The notes under the pieces are model-generated. The model was not told the origin of the DNA and ran no database searches. It saw only the letters and a program-made list of their open reading frames with translations. 64,000 nt of DNA from Nannocystales bacterium (GTDB taxonomy: Bacteria; Myxococcota_A; Polyangia; Nannocystales; Nannocystaceae), in assembly GCA_050633305.1 (NCBI GenBank), contig JBOEGF010000010.1, forward strand, positions 841,915-905,914, in the 5' to 3' direction. Shown in pieces: positions 11,041-19,928 of this stretch. A program made the translations under genes and the position numbers. Every line of letters starts with the position of its first letter. Position 1 is the first letter of the stretch.

Positions 11041-11069
11041 TTGACCCGGTGGGGTTCGTCCCCTACACC
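11041..11069 (+). promoter_or_regulatory. Sigma70-like promoter for the ncRNA/tRNA unit
   Basis: TTGACC-N17-TACACC, overlapped by the imperfect inverted repeat CGGTG...CACCG. Confidence 0.5.
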
Positions 11070-11075
11070 GATGCG

Positions 11076-11352
11076 GTCCGCCCCTGGCGACGACGCGAGA
11101 ACTCGCCATGGAACGCTTCACGACCCAAAAACGCACAGCGGCCAAACCGGCTCTTGTGCGGATGGTTGCGCCCACGAAGGGCCGCAATATGGGCGCGTGT
11201 TGAGCGTTCCCGGGCGTTGTTGCTGACGTTGCACTTCGGTGTACAGGCGGCCTGCCCGGGCGCTGGGACATGCGAACTTCAACCCGCCCTGCAGGCGGCC
11301 GACGTCGTCGTGACGTCATCGTCGTGGGGTCGATTCCCACGGCTCTTGTCTC
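11076..11352 (+). ncRNA. Candidate structured ncRNA / tRNA-operon leader ending in a T-arm-like hairpin
   Basis: At least eight helices readable by eye, including an 8-bp long-range helix, a C(UUCG)G tetraloop and GTGGG-GTCGATT-CCCAC. No credible ORF. Confidence 0.45.
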
Positions 11353-11426
11353 GGTCTGGTAGCTCAGTTGGTTAGAGCGGCGGATTCTTAACCCGCAGGT
11401 CGAGGGTTCGATTCCCTCCCGGATCA
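11353..11426 (+). tRNA. tRNA-Lys (CTT), atypical, CCA not encoded
   Basis: Acceptor GGTCTGG/CCGGATC, D-arm AGCTCAGTTGGTTAGAGC, anticodon loop TT-CTT-AA, T-arm GAGGG-TTCGATT-CCCTC. Confidence 0.88.
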
Positions 11427-11432
11427 CTGCGT

Positions 11433-11503
11433 GGGTCTGTAGCTGATTGGATAGCACTCGTCTGTTAAGCGAGCGCATGCGGGTTCGAATCCCGCCGGGC
11501 CCT
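11433..11503 (+). tRNA. tRNA-Asn (GTT), atypical, CCA not encoded
   Basis: Acceptor GGGTCTG/CGGGCCC, short D-arm, anticodon arm CTCGT-CTGTTAA-GCGAG, T-arm GCGGG-TTCGAAT-CCCGC. Confidence 0.8.
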
Positions 11504-11545
11504 TCACATCATCGCGCCTCGGGATCGCTCCGGCTCCGGCTCTGG

Positions 11546-12733
11546 CTATTTCGGGGGCCCGAACACTTCGCGAAGGACCTCTTGCACCCACGCTGCGTGC
11601 TTGTAGTCCACAGAGTCCGAACGCTCCCTCGGTGCGACCACGCGAACGACGACGTGGTCTTCGGGGTCGTGGGGCTCGGCGGGTCGCTCGACCAAATGGA
11701 CTTCGGCCTCGCCCACACAGTCCTCTCCGCACTCGGGCACGTGAGAACCATCGGCATACGCCCGGACCACGTCGTCGACACTGATCTCGACCCGCTGCCC
11801 CAGCTCGACGGCGTACCCCGTGGAATCGAACTCTCCCAGCTGAACCATCAGAGCTGCGAGCCCGTTGAGCAGGTCTGTGGCGCGCTGGAGCACCTTGGGA
11901 TCGCGAGGCAGGCCGTCGAGTTCGAGGTCAGGGCTTCCGAACCGACGCATCCCTCTGGTGCTCAGTCGCACGCCGTCGGGGTTCATCTTGTCGATGAACG
12001 GGACGACGGCGATCTGCTCGGCGATGTTGCCCAACGACGACTTGAGCCGACGCTTGGTGAAGGTGTCGGTGCCCACCGTCTCGCCGGTGTCCGGATCGTG
12101 GATGAGCGCATCGCGCTCAAGCGCGACGATGCGGGTGAGTGTTTGCAGGAGGCGGAGTCCTCGGACCGCGTACTGGTTGCGGTACTCGGCTCGCAGCAGG
12201 AGGGCTTGGGTGCGGCCCGGCAAGCTCGAACGCTGCTCGGCGGTCAACGCTCGCGTGAGGATGGGGTCCGCAAGCGACGCGGAACCGACGGCGCCCTTCG
12301 AACCACCGACCGGGAGCATGTCGATGTTGATGCCGAGCAGGTCGCGAGTCGCTCGAGGTGAGCCGTCGCCGGGGCCAGCGGCCACGGGTGCGGGCTCGGT
12401 GGCGATGAATTCCAACAGCAACGCAAGCTCGGGCTCGTCGGTGGCGGTGGCGAGCTTGGCCTTGACCAACGCCTGGAGCGCTTCGCGGGTGGGAGCCTGA
12501 TGTTTGCCCGGGGGGAGCAGCAGCAAGTATGCCTGCGACGTCCGGTCGGCAAACACGATCAAGTGCGGGTCGCCGGACTCCGGAGGCTCCGTGCTGGGGG
12601 ATTCGTCGCCCGAGGCCACAGCGGGTGCGGCGGTCTCTCCCGTTCGCTGTCCGGCGGTTTGAGTCTCGTCCTGAGCGGGCTGCTTGGCACAGGACGCGCT
12701 CAGGGCGGTGAGGAGCAGGAGCGAGCGTTTCAT
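11546..12733 (-). CDS. Hypothetical lipoprotein
   Basis: Lipobox LSASC, '[15 protein letters not shown]' motif. ATGA-coupled to the dehydratase gene. Confidence 0.75.
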   Translation of the reverse strand: MKRSLLLLTALSASCAKQPAQDETQTAGQRTGETAAPAVASGDESPSTEPPESGDPHLIVFADRTSQAYLLLLPPGKHQAPTREALQALVKAKLATATDEPELALLLEFIATEPAPVAAGPGDGSPRATRDLLGINIDMLPVGGSKGAVGSASLADPILTRALTAEQRSSLPGRTQALLLRAEYRNQYAVRGLRLLQTLTRIVALERDALIHDPDTGETVGTDTFTKRRLKSSLGNIAEQIAVVPFIDKMNPDGVRLSTRGMRRFGSPDLELDGLPRDPKVLQRATDLLNGLAALMVQLGEFDSTGYAVELGQRVEISVDDVVRAYADGSHVPECGEDCVGEAEVHLVERPAEPHDPEDHVVVRVVAPRERSDSVDYKHAAWVQEVLREVFGPPK

Positions 12734-13710
12734 GCTTCGGCGTGTTCGGTGAGAAGGCGGGCCACGATGGCGGGGTCGACGTTGCCGCCCGAGAGGAGTA
12801 CCCCGACGTGCGTCGGCGATCCGGGAAGGACCTCACGCATGGCAACCGCCAGCGCGGCGGCGCCCGAAGGCTCCAGCAGCATTTTGTGGCGGGTCAGTAC
12901 GTGCACAAGTCCGCGTCCCATCTCGGAATCGTTGACGAGATGACTCCCGCGGACCACGTGTTTGGCGATCTCGAAGTTGAGCGCGCCCACTTGCACCGGC
13001 TTGAGTCCATCGCCCAGCGTAGGTGCGGGTTGCACGGAGACCCGCGTGCCCTCGGCCAGACTCTGCGCCATCGCGTCGCAACCCTTCGGCTCGGCCGTGT
13101 AGACACGGACGCCGGCCGCGGCACAGACCACGCATGCCCCGGCCAACAACCCGCCGCCGCCCACCGGGACAACCAGCGCATCCAGTCCTGCCCCATCGGT
13201 ACGACTTCGAACCTCTTCGAGCAGTTCGAGGGTGGCGGTCCCTGCTCCGGCGACGATGTGCGGGTGGTCGAACGGCTCGATGATACTCGCGCCGCTGTCC
13301 TGCGCGATCGCGAGTGCTCGCTCTTTGCGCTCGCTCGACGTTGTGCCCGCGAAGACGATCGTCGCCCCCAGCGCACGGACCGAGGCGACCTTGACCTTCG
13401 GAGCGTCGGTGGGCATTGCGATGGTTGCCGGGACGCCGAACCGTTGGGCTGCGAGGGCCACGGCTTGGGCGTGGTTGCCCGAGCTGTAGGTCACCAAGCC
13501 GCGCTCGCGAACCGCGGGCGGCAGGCGCCCAACCGCGTGGAGTGCTCCGCGAGCCTTGAACGCCCCGATGTGCTGGAGGTTCTCGGCCTTGAGCCAAAGC
13601 GTCACCCCGCGCTCCGAAAGCGTGTCGTCGCGAACCACCGGGGTCCGGCGAACCTGCCCCTGCAGCCGATCTGCGGCCGCCTGTACGTCTTCGAGCTGGA
13701 CCGGGAGCAT
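12730..13710 (-). CDS. PLP-dependent threonine/serine dehydratase (serine racemase-like, no ACT domain)
   Basis: [43 protein letters not shown]. Confidence 0.9.
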   Translation of the reverse strand: MLPVQLEDVQAAADRLQGQVRRTPVVRDDTLSERGVTLWLKAENLQHIGAFKARGALHAVGRLPPAVRERGLVTYSSGNHAQAVALAAQRFGVPATIAMPTDAPKVKVASVRALGATIVFAGTTSSERKERALAIAQDSGASIIEPFDHPHIVAGAGTATLELLEEVRSRTDGAGLDALVVPVGGGGLLAGACVVCAAAGVRVYTAEPKGCDAMAQSLAEGTRVSVQPAPTLGDGLKPVQVGALNFEIAKHVVRGSHLVNDSEMGRGLVHVLTRHKMLLEPSGAAALAVAMREVLPGSPTHVGVLLSGGNVDPAIVARLLTEHAEA

Positions 13711-13751
13711 CCGTGCAAGGCTACCCGGTTTTGCGGTAGCGTTCCCGCCGC

Positions 13752-15785
13752 TTGGCTTCGTCGCTCGATAGATGGCTGAAGACCGCCCGGGCATGGGCGC
13801 TGCTCGCAAGTCTCGTCGTGGTGGTCATCTACTGCCTCGAGATGTCCGCCTCGGGCCCGTGGGATCCGTGGGAGACGCACTACGGAGAGGTGGCTCGGAA
13901 CATCCTCGTGCGCTCCGACCCTGTCGACCTTTGGTGGCAGGGAGGCAACGGGGGTCCGCACGCCACGGCCGAGAAGAGCTTCGCGTCCAAGCCGGCCCTG
14001 CCGTTTTGGTGCATGGCGCTGTCCATGAAGCTCATGGGGGTCGGCGTGGGTCGAAACCCCGCCGAAATGGTCCAGCCGTTCTGGCCCGAGTTCGCCATCC
14101 GTCTGCCGAGCATGATGACGGGCTTGGGGGCGACGTTCTTTCTCGGCATGGTCGCTTGGCGGCTCAAGAAGCCGCGCGCCGGGATTCTCGTGGGACTCGT
14201 TCTTGCGACGATGCCGCAATGGGCGATGGCCTCTCGTCAGGCGCTCACGGACATTTACTTCGTCGGCCCGGTTGTTGTCGCCGCAGGGTGCTGGGCGATG
14301 GCTTGGTTGCAACCCGACCGCGCGCTGAAGCGTCGAGGGGCGGGCGTCAAGTCGGTCCCGTGGGATCGGGCCTACCTTGCCTTTCTGGTCGCATTCATCG
14401 TCGCCGCGGTCGTGCCGCTGGCGGTCGTGCATCAGCATGCCTTTGATCCGCTGACCTGGAAGTACTTCGGCGGCGATGCCGGGTTTGCCAAGGGTCTCAA
14501 GGACATCCAGAAGCACATGTTCGGCTACTGGGCGATTGCCGTCGTGGTGCTGCTGCGGAGCCTTCGCTGGAAGCACCGGTCGCAGGCATGGATGGGGATC
14601 CTCTACCTTGCCGCGGGCCTGTCGCTCATCGGCAAGGGGTTGATCGGCCCTGGCATCGTCGGCGCGATCGTCCTCGCCCACATCGCCGTGTCGTGGCGCT
14701 GGGGGCTGTTGCGCCGCTGCGGATTGGTCATCGGCACGATGTTGTTCGTGCTGCCGGGATTCCCCTGGCATCACGCGATGGTGCTGTATCGCGGTGACCG
14801 CTGGGTCAGCGAGCTCATCATCCAAAACAACCTGCAACGCTTCTCGACGGGTGAGCAGAAGCAAGCCGTTGGCGGGTTCGCGTTCTATGTGGAGACGCTT
14901 GGGCTTGCGGCGCTGCCTTGGTCGATGCTCGTTCCCGCTGGGGTATGGCGCGCCGTCGAGGCGTTCAAGCGTGCCCCGGAGGACACAGAGGACCACGGCG
15001 GGAAGGCGCTGCACCGCTTCGCATTCCTATGGTTTGCCGTGGCGCTGCTGACGATCAGCTACAGCACCACGAAGTACTATCACTACCTCATCCCGGTGCT
15101 TCCGCCGCTTGCGCTGATGTTGGGCCTTTGGCTCGATGACCTGCTCGACCGAACGAAGCCTTCGTACGGTGTGACGGTGTGCGCGCTCGGGGGATTGGTC
15201 ATCGGCGTCGCGGTTGTGCGGGATGCGATGCTCACACCCACCTGGCTCGCGCACCTGACCACCTACCTCTACACGGGCATGTGGACCAAGGGGGCTCCGG
15301 AGGTGGACCGCCTGGCGATCACGGTGCTTCCGTTTGCGGTCGGACTTCTCCTGTGGATGTTCGCCCGTACCCGCAGGGCCCGGCGTTTCACCGTTGGCGC
15401 CTGGTTGCTCTCGGGTTTGCTCACGACGGGGTGGTTGATCGCCGACTACATCCCGGCATCCTCCGAGAACTGGTCGCAGCGCACCGCCATGCGGATGTAC
15501 TTCGACGAGCGCGGGCCCGAGGACCGACTCGTCAGCTGGTGGTTCTACTATCGGGGCGAGACGTTCTTCACCAAGGCCGACATCTGGATGATGAAGAACC
15601 CCGACCGGAGTCGCCTTGCCGATCTTGTCGCCGAGCGAGAGGGCAAGGATGCCGCGTTGTGGTTCATCACCATCGAGCCGCACGCCAAGCGCTTGGCCCC
15701 GCAGCTCCCCACGAAGTACCGCGACGATCTCGAGGAGAAGTACCGCAGCTTTCACTACGTGATGATGCGGTTGCCGCTCGACTAG
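13752..15785 (+). CDS. ArnT/PMT-type (GT-C) membrane glycosyltransferase
   Basis: [46 protein letters not shown], many TM helices. Confidence 0.85.
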   Translation: MASSLDRWLKTARAWALLASLVVVVIYCLEMSASGPWDPWETHYGEVARNILVRSDPVDLWWQGGNGGPHATAEKSFASKPALPFWCMALSMKLMGVGVGRNPAEMVQPFWPEFAIRLPSMMTGLGATFFLGMVAWRLKKPRAGILVGLVLATMPQWAMASRQALTDIYFVGPVVVAAGCWAMAWLQPDRALKRRGAGVKSVPWDRAYLAFLVAFIVAAVVPLAVVHQHAFDPLTWKYFGGDAGFAKGLKDIQKHMFGYWAIAVVVLLRSLRWKHRSQAWMGILYLAAGLSLIGKGLIGPGIVGAIVLAHIAVSWRWGLLRRCGLVIGTMLFVLPGFPWHHAMVLYRGDRWVSELIIQNNLQRFSTGEQKQAVGGFAFYVETLGLAALPWSMLVPAGVWRAVEAFKRAPEDTEDHGGKALHRFAFLWFAVALLTISYSTTKYYHYLIPVLPPLALMLGLWLDDLLDRTKPSYGVTVCALGGLVIGVAVVRDAMLTPTWLAHLTTYLYTGMWTKGAPEVDRLAITVLPFAVGLLLWMFARTRRARRFTVGAWLLSGLLTTGWLIADYIPASSENWSQRTAMRMYFDERGPEDRLVSWWFYYRGETFFTKADIWMMKNPDRSRLADLVAEREGKDAALWFITIEPHAKRLAPQLPTKYRDDLEEKYRSFHYVMMRLPLD

Positions 15786-15894
15786 GTGGCGCGCCGGGCT
15801 CCGAGAGCGGAGGCGGAGGTCACATCGGCGTGAGGATGGCCTGGGCCGGCATGGGACGAATGACCGATGTCGACTCTGGGCATCGAGTCCATCC

Positions 15895-16386
15895 ATGGAG
15901 GGCGTGTTCTGTGTTCTCCAAATCCGGGAGGTGCTCTTGGGCGCCTCCATTCGTGTAGCGTTCACGTCGCTGCTCCTGTCTCCGAGCGCTTGTGATGACG
16001 ACGGTGGTGGGTGCACGCCCGGCTACGAGACATGCGCATGTACGGCGGAGTCGGTTTGCCTCGAGGGACTGCAATGCCTCTCGAGCCGATGCGTGGACCC
16101 GAAGTCCATGCCCGAAGAGGACGACGGTGACGACACGGAAGCGGGGGGCGGCATGCCCGAAACCGACACTGGCCATGACAACGAGTCGGCCTGCGAGATG
16201 CTCCTGGATTCCCTCGAGTGCGCGCCTCCGGCCGGCGTGGCCCTGATCGACTGCGCGAGCTTCGGGTCCTCCCCGTGTGACCTCGCTGATTATTTCGAGT
16301 GCCTTGCCGACAACACGATGTGCAGCGGCGAGCAGCTCGACGCAAGCGGATGGACACAGTGCATGGATCTCGCGGTGTGCTCATGA
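15895..16386 (+). CDS. Cys-rich lipoprotein
   Basis: SPSAC lipobox-like, 'CTPGYETCAC...CLEGLQCLSSRC' EGF-like module. Exact start uncertain. Confidence 0.65.
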   Translation: MEGVFCVLQIREVLLGASIRVAFTSLLLSPSACDDDGGGCTPGYETCACTAESVCLEGLQCLSSRCVDPKSMPEEDDGDDTEAGGGMPETDTGHDNESACEMLLDSLECAPPAGVALIDCASFGSSPCDLADYFECLADNTMCSGEQLDASGWTQCMDLAVCS

Positions 16387-17510
16387 CCGGCGCAAGGCGT
16401 GGCCTACTCGGCATGGTGCTCTTGGTCGCCTGCGGCTCTGCTGGAGAAACGGGGGCAGAGACGCAAGGCTGCGAACAGGGACAATGTCTGGGCGAGCTGG
16501 TCTGCCTCTCGGACCTCTGCGTGGACCCGCAGTGGGAACCCGAAGCGTCGACCGGGGCATCGGGGCCCGAGCCCTCCGGCTCGTCGGGGCCAGCCACGTC
16601 GCAGAGCTCGACGTCCGGTCCAAGCGGAGGCACAGAGACAGGGGACGGCCAGACGGGCTCGGCGAGCTCTGGTGAGAGCGTGAGCTGTGGAGCGGTCGAC
16701 GTCTTGGTGTTGATCGACAACTCGATTTCGATGGCTGCGAAGCAACAGCGGGTCGAGGCCGCGCTGGGTCCGTTCTTCGACGCGCTCGAGGTGGCGACGG
16801 GGGACAACGCGCACCACGTGATGATCATCGACAGTGATGCGTGGCCCTTCGCGGAATGCGAGCTGACGCTGTGCCCGGTGGTCGGCGGGTGTTGGCCGGT
16901 GTGGCCGGAGTACGTTTGCGGAGAAACGACACCGATGGTCTGCGAGGACGTCCTCGGGGCAGGGGTCACGCATCCCCGCGGCGTCGATGCGGCGAACACC
17001 GACTGCGCTCTTGGGGGGCAGCGTTTCACGCGTCTGTCCGAAGATGGAGCGCGCGACCGGGTGGCGTGCGCGGCTCGGGTGGGGACGTCCGGAGGAGCGG
17101 AACGCCCAATGGATGCGCTTGTCGCAGCCGTTGACCCGCGGACCGAGGCCGGCGTGTGCAACGAAGGGTTTGCTCGCTCGGAGCGTCCGCTGGCCATCGT
17201 CTTGGTCACGGACGAAGAAGATGACCCCGAGGATTCGATGGGGACGCCCGCGGTCTGGCACGAGAGGCTGACCGAGAGCCGGGTTGGGCCTGTCTTCGTG
17301 CTCGGCCTCGTAGGCGATCATATTCGGGCCGAGACCGCCTGCACGACCACCAGTACCGAGAGCCCGTCTGGAGCCGAGCCGAGTCCGCGGCTGTGGCAGT
17401 TCATCGAGCTCTTCGGTTCCGCCGGGGTCCTCGCGAGTGTCTGTGCCGAAGACTATGCCCCCGCGCTCGAAGCCTTCGCCCACACGGTCGGTGACAGCTG
17501 CGGCGGATGA
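16383..17510 (+). CDS. vWA-domain lipoprotein (CglB-like family)
   Basis: Lipobox LVAC, MIDAS 'DVLVLIDNSISM', 'GTSGGAERP', 'IVLVTDEED', 'SVCAEDY'. ATGA-coupled to the upstream gene. Confidence 0.78.
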   Translation: MTGARRGLLGMVLLVACGSAGETGAETQGCEQGQCLGELVCLSDLCVDPQWEPEASTGASGPEPSGSSGPATSQSSTSGPSGGTETGDGQTGSASSGESVSCGAVDVLVLIDNSISMAAKQQRVEAALGPFFDALEVATGDNAHHVMIIDSDAWPFAECELTLCPVVGGCWPVWPEYVCGETTPMVCEDVLGAGVTHPRGVDAANTDCALGGQRFTRLSEDGARDRVACAARVGTSGGAERPMDALVAAVDPRTEAGVCNEGFARSERPLAIVLVTDEEDDPEDSMGTPAVWHERLTESRVGPVFVLGLVGDHIRAETACTTTSTESPSGAEPSPRLWQFIELFGSAGVLASVCAEDYAPALEAFAHTVGDSCGG

Positions 17511-17519
17511 CCGCGCCAC

Positions 17520-17556
17520 AAAAGAAGAGGCCGGCGGAGCGAACTCCGTCGGCCTC
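17520..17556 (-). terminator. Rho-independent terminator downstream of tRNA-Val
   Basis: 13-bp stem GAGGCCGGCGGAG/CTCCGTCGGCCTC with TTCG loop on the minus strand, followed by TTCTTTT. Confidence 0.8.
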
Positions 17557-17559
17557 GAG

Positions 17560-17633
17560 TAGGCGGAACTGGACTTGAACCAGCGACCACCGCGATGTAA
17601 ACACGGTGCTCTAACCAACTGAGCTACCCGCCT
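17560..17633 (-). tRNA. tRNA-Val (TAC)
   Basis: Reverse complement AGGCGGGTAGCTCAGTTGGTTAGAGCACCGTGTTTACATCGCGGTGGTCGCTGGTTCAAGTCCAGTTCCGCCTA folds as a cloverleaf. Confidence 0.93.
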
Positions 17634-17691
17634 ATGTGGGGCGTGGAGGCTAGCTGGAGGCGGGCGGTGGGTCAACCCGCAGGGGCCAGAT

Positions 17692-18204
17692 TCACAACTC
17701 GCCAACGCAGCGCAGAACGGTGCGTTGGGCGTCCGGGAGGGCGCTCAGGTGCGACGACAGGCTGGCTCCGGCGAGGACCAGGTTCGGTCGCAGGTCCACC
17801 ATGGGGGTGAGCACGAAGTCTCGCTCGAGCATGGACGGGTGCGGAAGGCGGCACCGCGGATCCTCGCTGAGAGCGGGCGTCTCCTCCCCGGGTGCGAAGA
17901 ACAGCAGCAGGTCCAAGTCCAAGGTTCGAGCGTCCCAGCGAACGCGTCGTTCGCGTCCATGTGCGCGTTCGATGTCGTGAAGAACCTCGAGAAGCGTGAG
18001 TGAATCGAGTCCGGTCTGGACCCGGAGTGCGGCGTTCAAGAACGGTCGCTCCGAGGGGCCGACCGGGGTCGTTTCGTACACCTTCGAGCGAGGACCGACG
18101 TCGATGGCCGGGCGCGCCTGTAGTTGGGTCACCGCGCTGCGCAGGGTCGCGAGCCGGTCACCAAGGTTTCCGCCGAGGGCGACGAACGCTGTCGCCGAGG
18201 TCAC
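17692..18204 (-). CDS. folK: 2-amino-4-hydroxy-6-hydroxymethyldihydropteridine pyrophosphokinase
   Basis: VALGGNLGDR, YETTPVG, FLNA, RWDARTLDLDLL, LPHP...RDFVLTP. Confidence 0.93.
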   Translation of the reverse strand: MTSATAFVALGGNLGDRLATLRSAVTQLQARPAIDVGPRSKVYETTPVGPSERPFLNAALRVQTGLDSLTLLEVLHDIERAHGRERRVRWDARTLDLDLLLFFAPGEETPALSEDPRCRLPHPSMLERDFVLTPMVDLRPNLVLAGASLSSHLSALPDAQRTVLRCVGEL

Positions 18205-19154
18205 GGAGATGCGCTCGGCCGCGGGGGGCCAGGGGAACGAAGCTCTGCGGAGCCGCTTCGCTCGCGTGCGCTAGGGCTGGAGAGCGGCGCGACAACGGTG
18301 AACGTGGCCTCGAGCTCCCCCACGCGCACGGTGGCGGTTGCCTCGACGTCCAAAGGCGGCGGCTGGGGGGCGAGGGCCTCGGGGACCTCAGCTTGGGGTT
18401 CGTCGGGGACGGCGGAGGTCGGAGACTCGGTCTCGGTCTCGGTCTCGGTCTCGGGCGGGACCGCGGGTGGAGGTTCGGGGAGGGGGATCCCCAGCGCGGC
18501 CTCCCCGGGGAGGCCAAAGTGCGCGACGCCTTCGAGGTTCGTTTTGGCCGTTGAGGTCCACGACCCGATGGACAGCTCGACCTCGACGCCCGTCCGGGGA
18601 CCGCTCGGAGAGGTACACGGTGTCCTCTCTCCGGTGGTGAGCTGATACGCACGGGTTGTGGCGACGCTGTCGCGGCTGCGCACTGTGTCGTACGCACCCA
18701 CGCCGATGAGCCCGGCACCGAGCGCGGTGAAGATGCCGCCCAATCGATAACCCGTCGTCGTGTCTCGAGTTGGGGTGCCGCTGGCGGTCACGGCTCGGGG
18801 AGAGAACGCGTCGGGCTTGATCAAGGCCGCCAAGCCCACCGCGAGAATCGCCGCGCCGGCGCCGTACTCCCAGTACAGCGCGCCATGCTTCACCGTGTTG
18901 TCGACCGCCTCCACCCGGTCGACGGGCGCGTGCAACACAGCACGACAGGTGCGGGCCTCGTCGAGCTGAATCTCGACCGTGCTCAGAGACTGCGACCACG
19001 CGAGGTTGAGTTCCCGGCTGACGACGCTCTTGGCCTCGCCGAGCCACTTGGGCTCGAGCTCCGGTCGGGGGGTGACGGTGATGGTGCTGCGGCTGTCGAT
19101 CTGGGCGCAGCCGCTGCAGACGATCACGGCGGCGGCAAGGAGCGAGCGCCTCAC
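18201..19154 (-). CDS. Hypothetical lipoprotein with two TM segments
   Basis: GTG 19154 overlaps the cyaY stop (GTGA). Lipobox CSGC, short (ET)n tract. Confidence 0.7.
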   Translation of the reverse strand: MRRSLLAAAVIVCSGCAQIDSRSTITVTPRPELEPKWLGEAKSVVSRELNLAWSQSLSTVEIQLDEARTCRAVLHAPVDRVEAVDNTVKHGALYWEYGAGAAILAVGLAALIKPDAFSPRAVTASGTPTRDTTTGYRLGGIFTALGAGLIGVGAYDTVRSRDSVATTRAYQLTTGERTPCTSPSGPRTGVEVELSIGSWTSTAKTNLEGVAHFGLPGEAALGIPLPEPPPAVPPETETETETESPTSAVPDEPQAEVPEALAPQPPPLDVEATATVRVGELEATFTVVAPLSSPSARERSGSAELRSPGPPRPSASP

Positions 19155-19471
19155 AACGACACGGACATCCCAAGCTTCTCGCCGACGTACTTGCACACCG
19201 TTGCCATCAGCTCGTCGCCCGTTTTCGCGGCGACCCAAGTTTCGGTCGCGGCGTTGTAGTCGAAGTGCCAGGCGTTGCGGTTGGCGGCCATCCAAACCTG
19301 AGTCGCCGCGCTGTGTGCATTGATGACGAACTGAACCCGGTCTTCGAACTCGAGCGTCAACACGTCTCCGGCGAGGTCGACGTCGAGCGTGTCGTGGTCG
19401 AGGTTGACGAGGCCGTCCTCGATGCGCTCGAGGGCAGCAGTGGCGACCTTGACGAACTGGGCACGTTCCAT
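19151..19471 (-). CDS. cyaY: Iron donor protein CyaY (frataxin family)
   Basis: GDVLTLEFED...FVINAHSAATQVWMA...WHFDY, acidic N-terminal helix. Confidence 0.9.
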   Translation of the reverse strand: MERAQFVKVATAALERIEDGLVNLDHDTLDVDLAGDVLTLEFEDRVQFVINAHSAATQVWMAANRNAWHFDYNAATETWVAAKTGDELMATVCKYVGEKLGMSVSL

Positions 19472-19488
19472 CGGGGTCGGACCTTAGC

Positions 19489-19767
19489 CTACTGCGGGTC
19501 CTTCGGCGCTTCGGCGGCGTCGGCGGCTGGCTTGTCCAGGTCCTCGGGGATCTCGACGCCCATCGCTCTCGCTTCGTCGGGGGTTACTTCGATCACCTTG
19601 AACTCCTTACCGTCGGGTCCCGAGAACGAGCGCACGTTGCCCTTGGGGGCTTCCTGTGGCTGTGGCTGCGGCTCCTTCTTCGCGAAGAACGCTTGCCACG
19701 CGAGGACGCCGATGATGGGCAGGTAGATCCCGAGTCGGATCAAGATGCCCTTACGAGGCAGCTTCAT
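19489..19767 (-). CDS. Small single-TM hypothetical protein
   Basis: MKLPRKGILIRLGIYLPIIGVLAW. Co-oriented 17 bp upstream of cyaY. Confidence 0.7.
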   Translation of the reverse strand: MKLPRKGILIRLGIYLPIIGVLAWQAFFAKKEPQPQPQEAPKGNVRSFSGPDGKEFKVIEVTPDEARAMGVEIPEDLDKPAADAAEAPKDPQ

Positions 19768-19928
19768 GCCGCGGAGGTTGGCAGCCTGGCGCGGTGTGGG
19801 CAAGGTATGGAACGCGGTACGACCGACCCCTCGGTCCATGTGAGCGTGGTCCGGTCTGCTGGGAGGAGAAAAGGAGCGGGACGCGCAGCATCGCCCGCCG
19901 CCTCACGCACGGTGCGTGTACTGTTGGC

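Noticed and set aside
10985..11350. tmRNA or tRNA-Sec (GGGGCGA 5' end, ACTTCAA loop, T-arm-like 3' end)
   Set aside because: The acceptor stem does not pair properly, there is no tag ORF ending in ALAA-like residues, no anticodon stem surrounds TCA, and the spacing to the T-arm is too long.
11049..11375. 108-aa ORF across the structured region
   Set aside because: It runs into tRNA-Lys, has no RBS, and has shadow-ORF composition.
11353..17633. Integrated element or prophage at the tRNAs
   Set aside because: No integrase, att duplication or phage genes, and the flanking genes look native.
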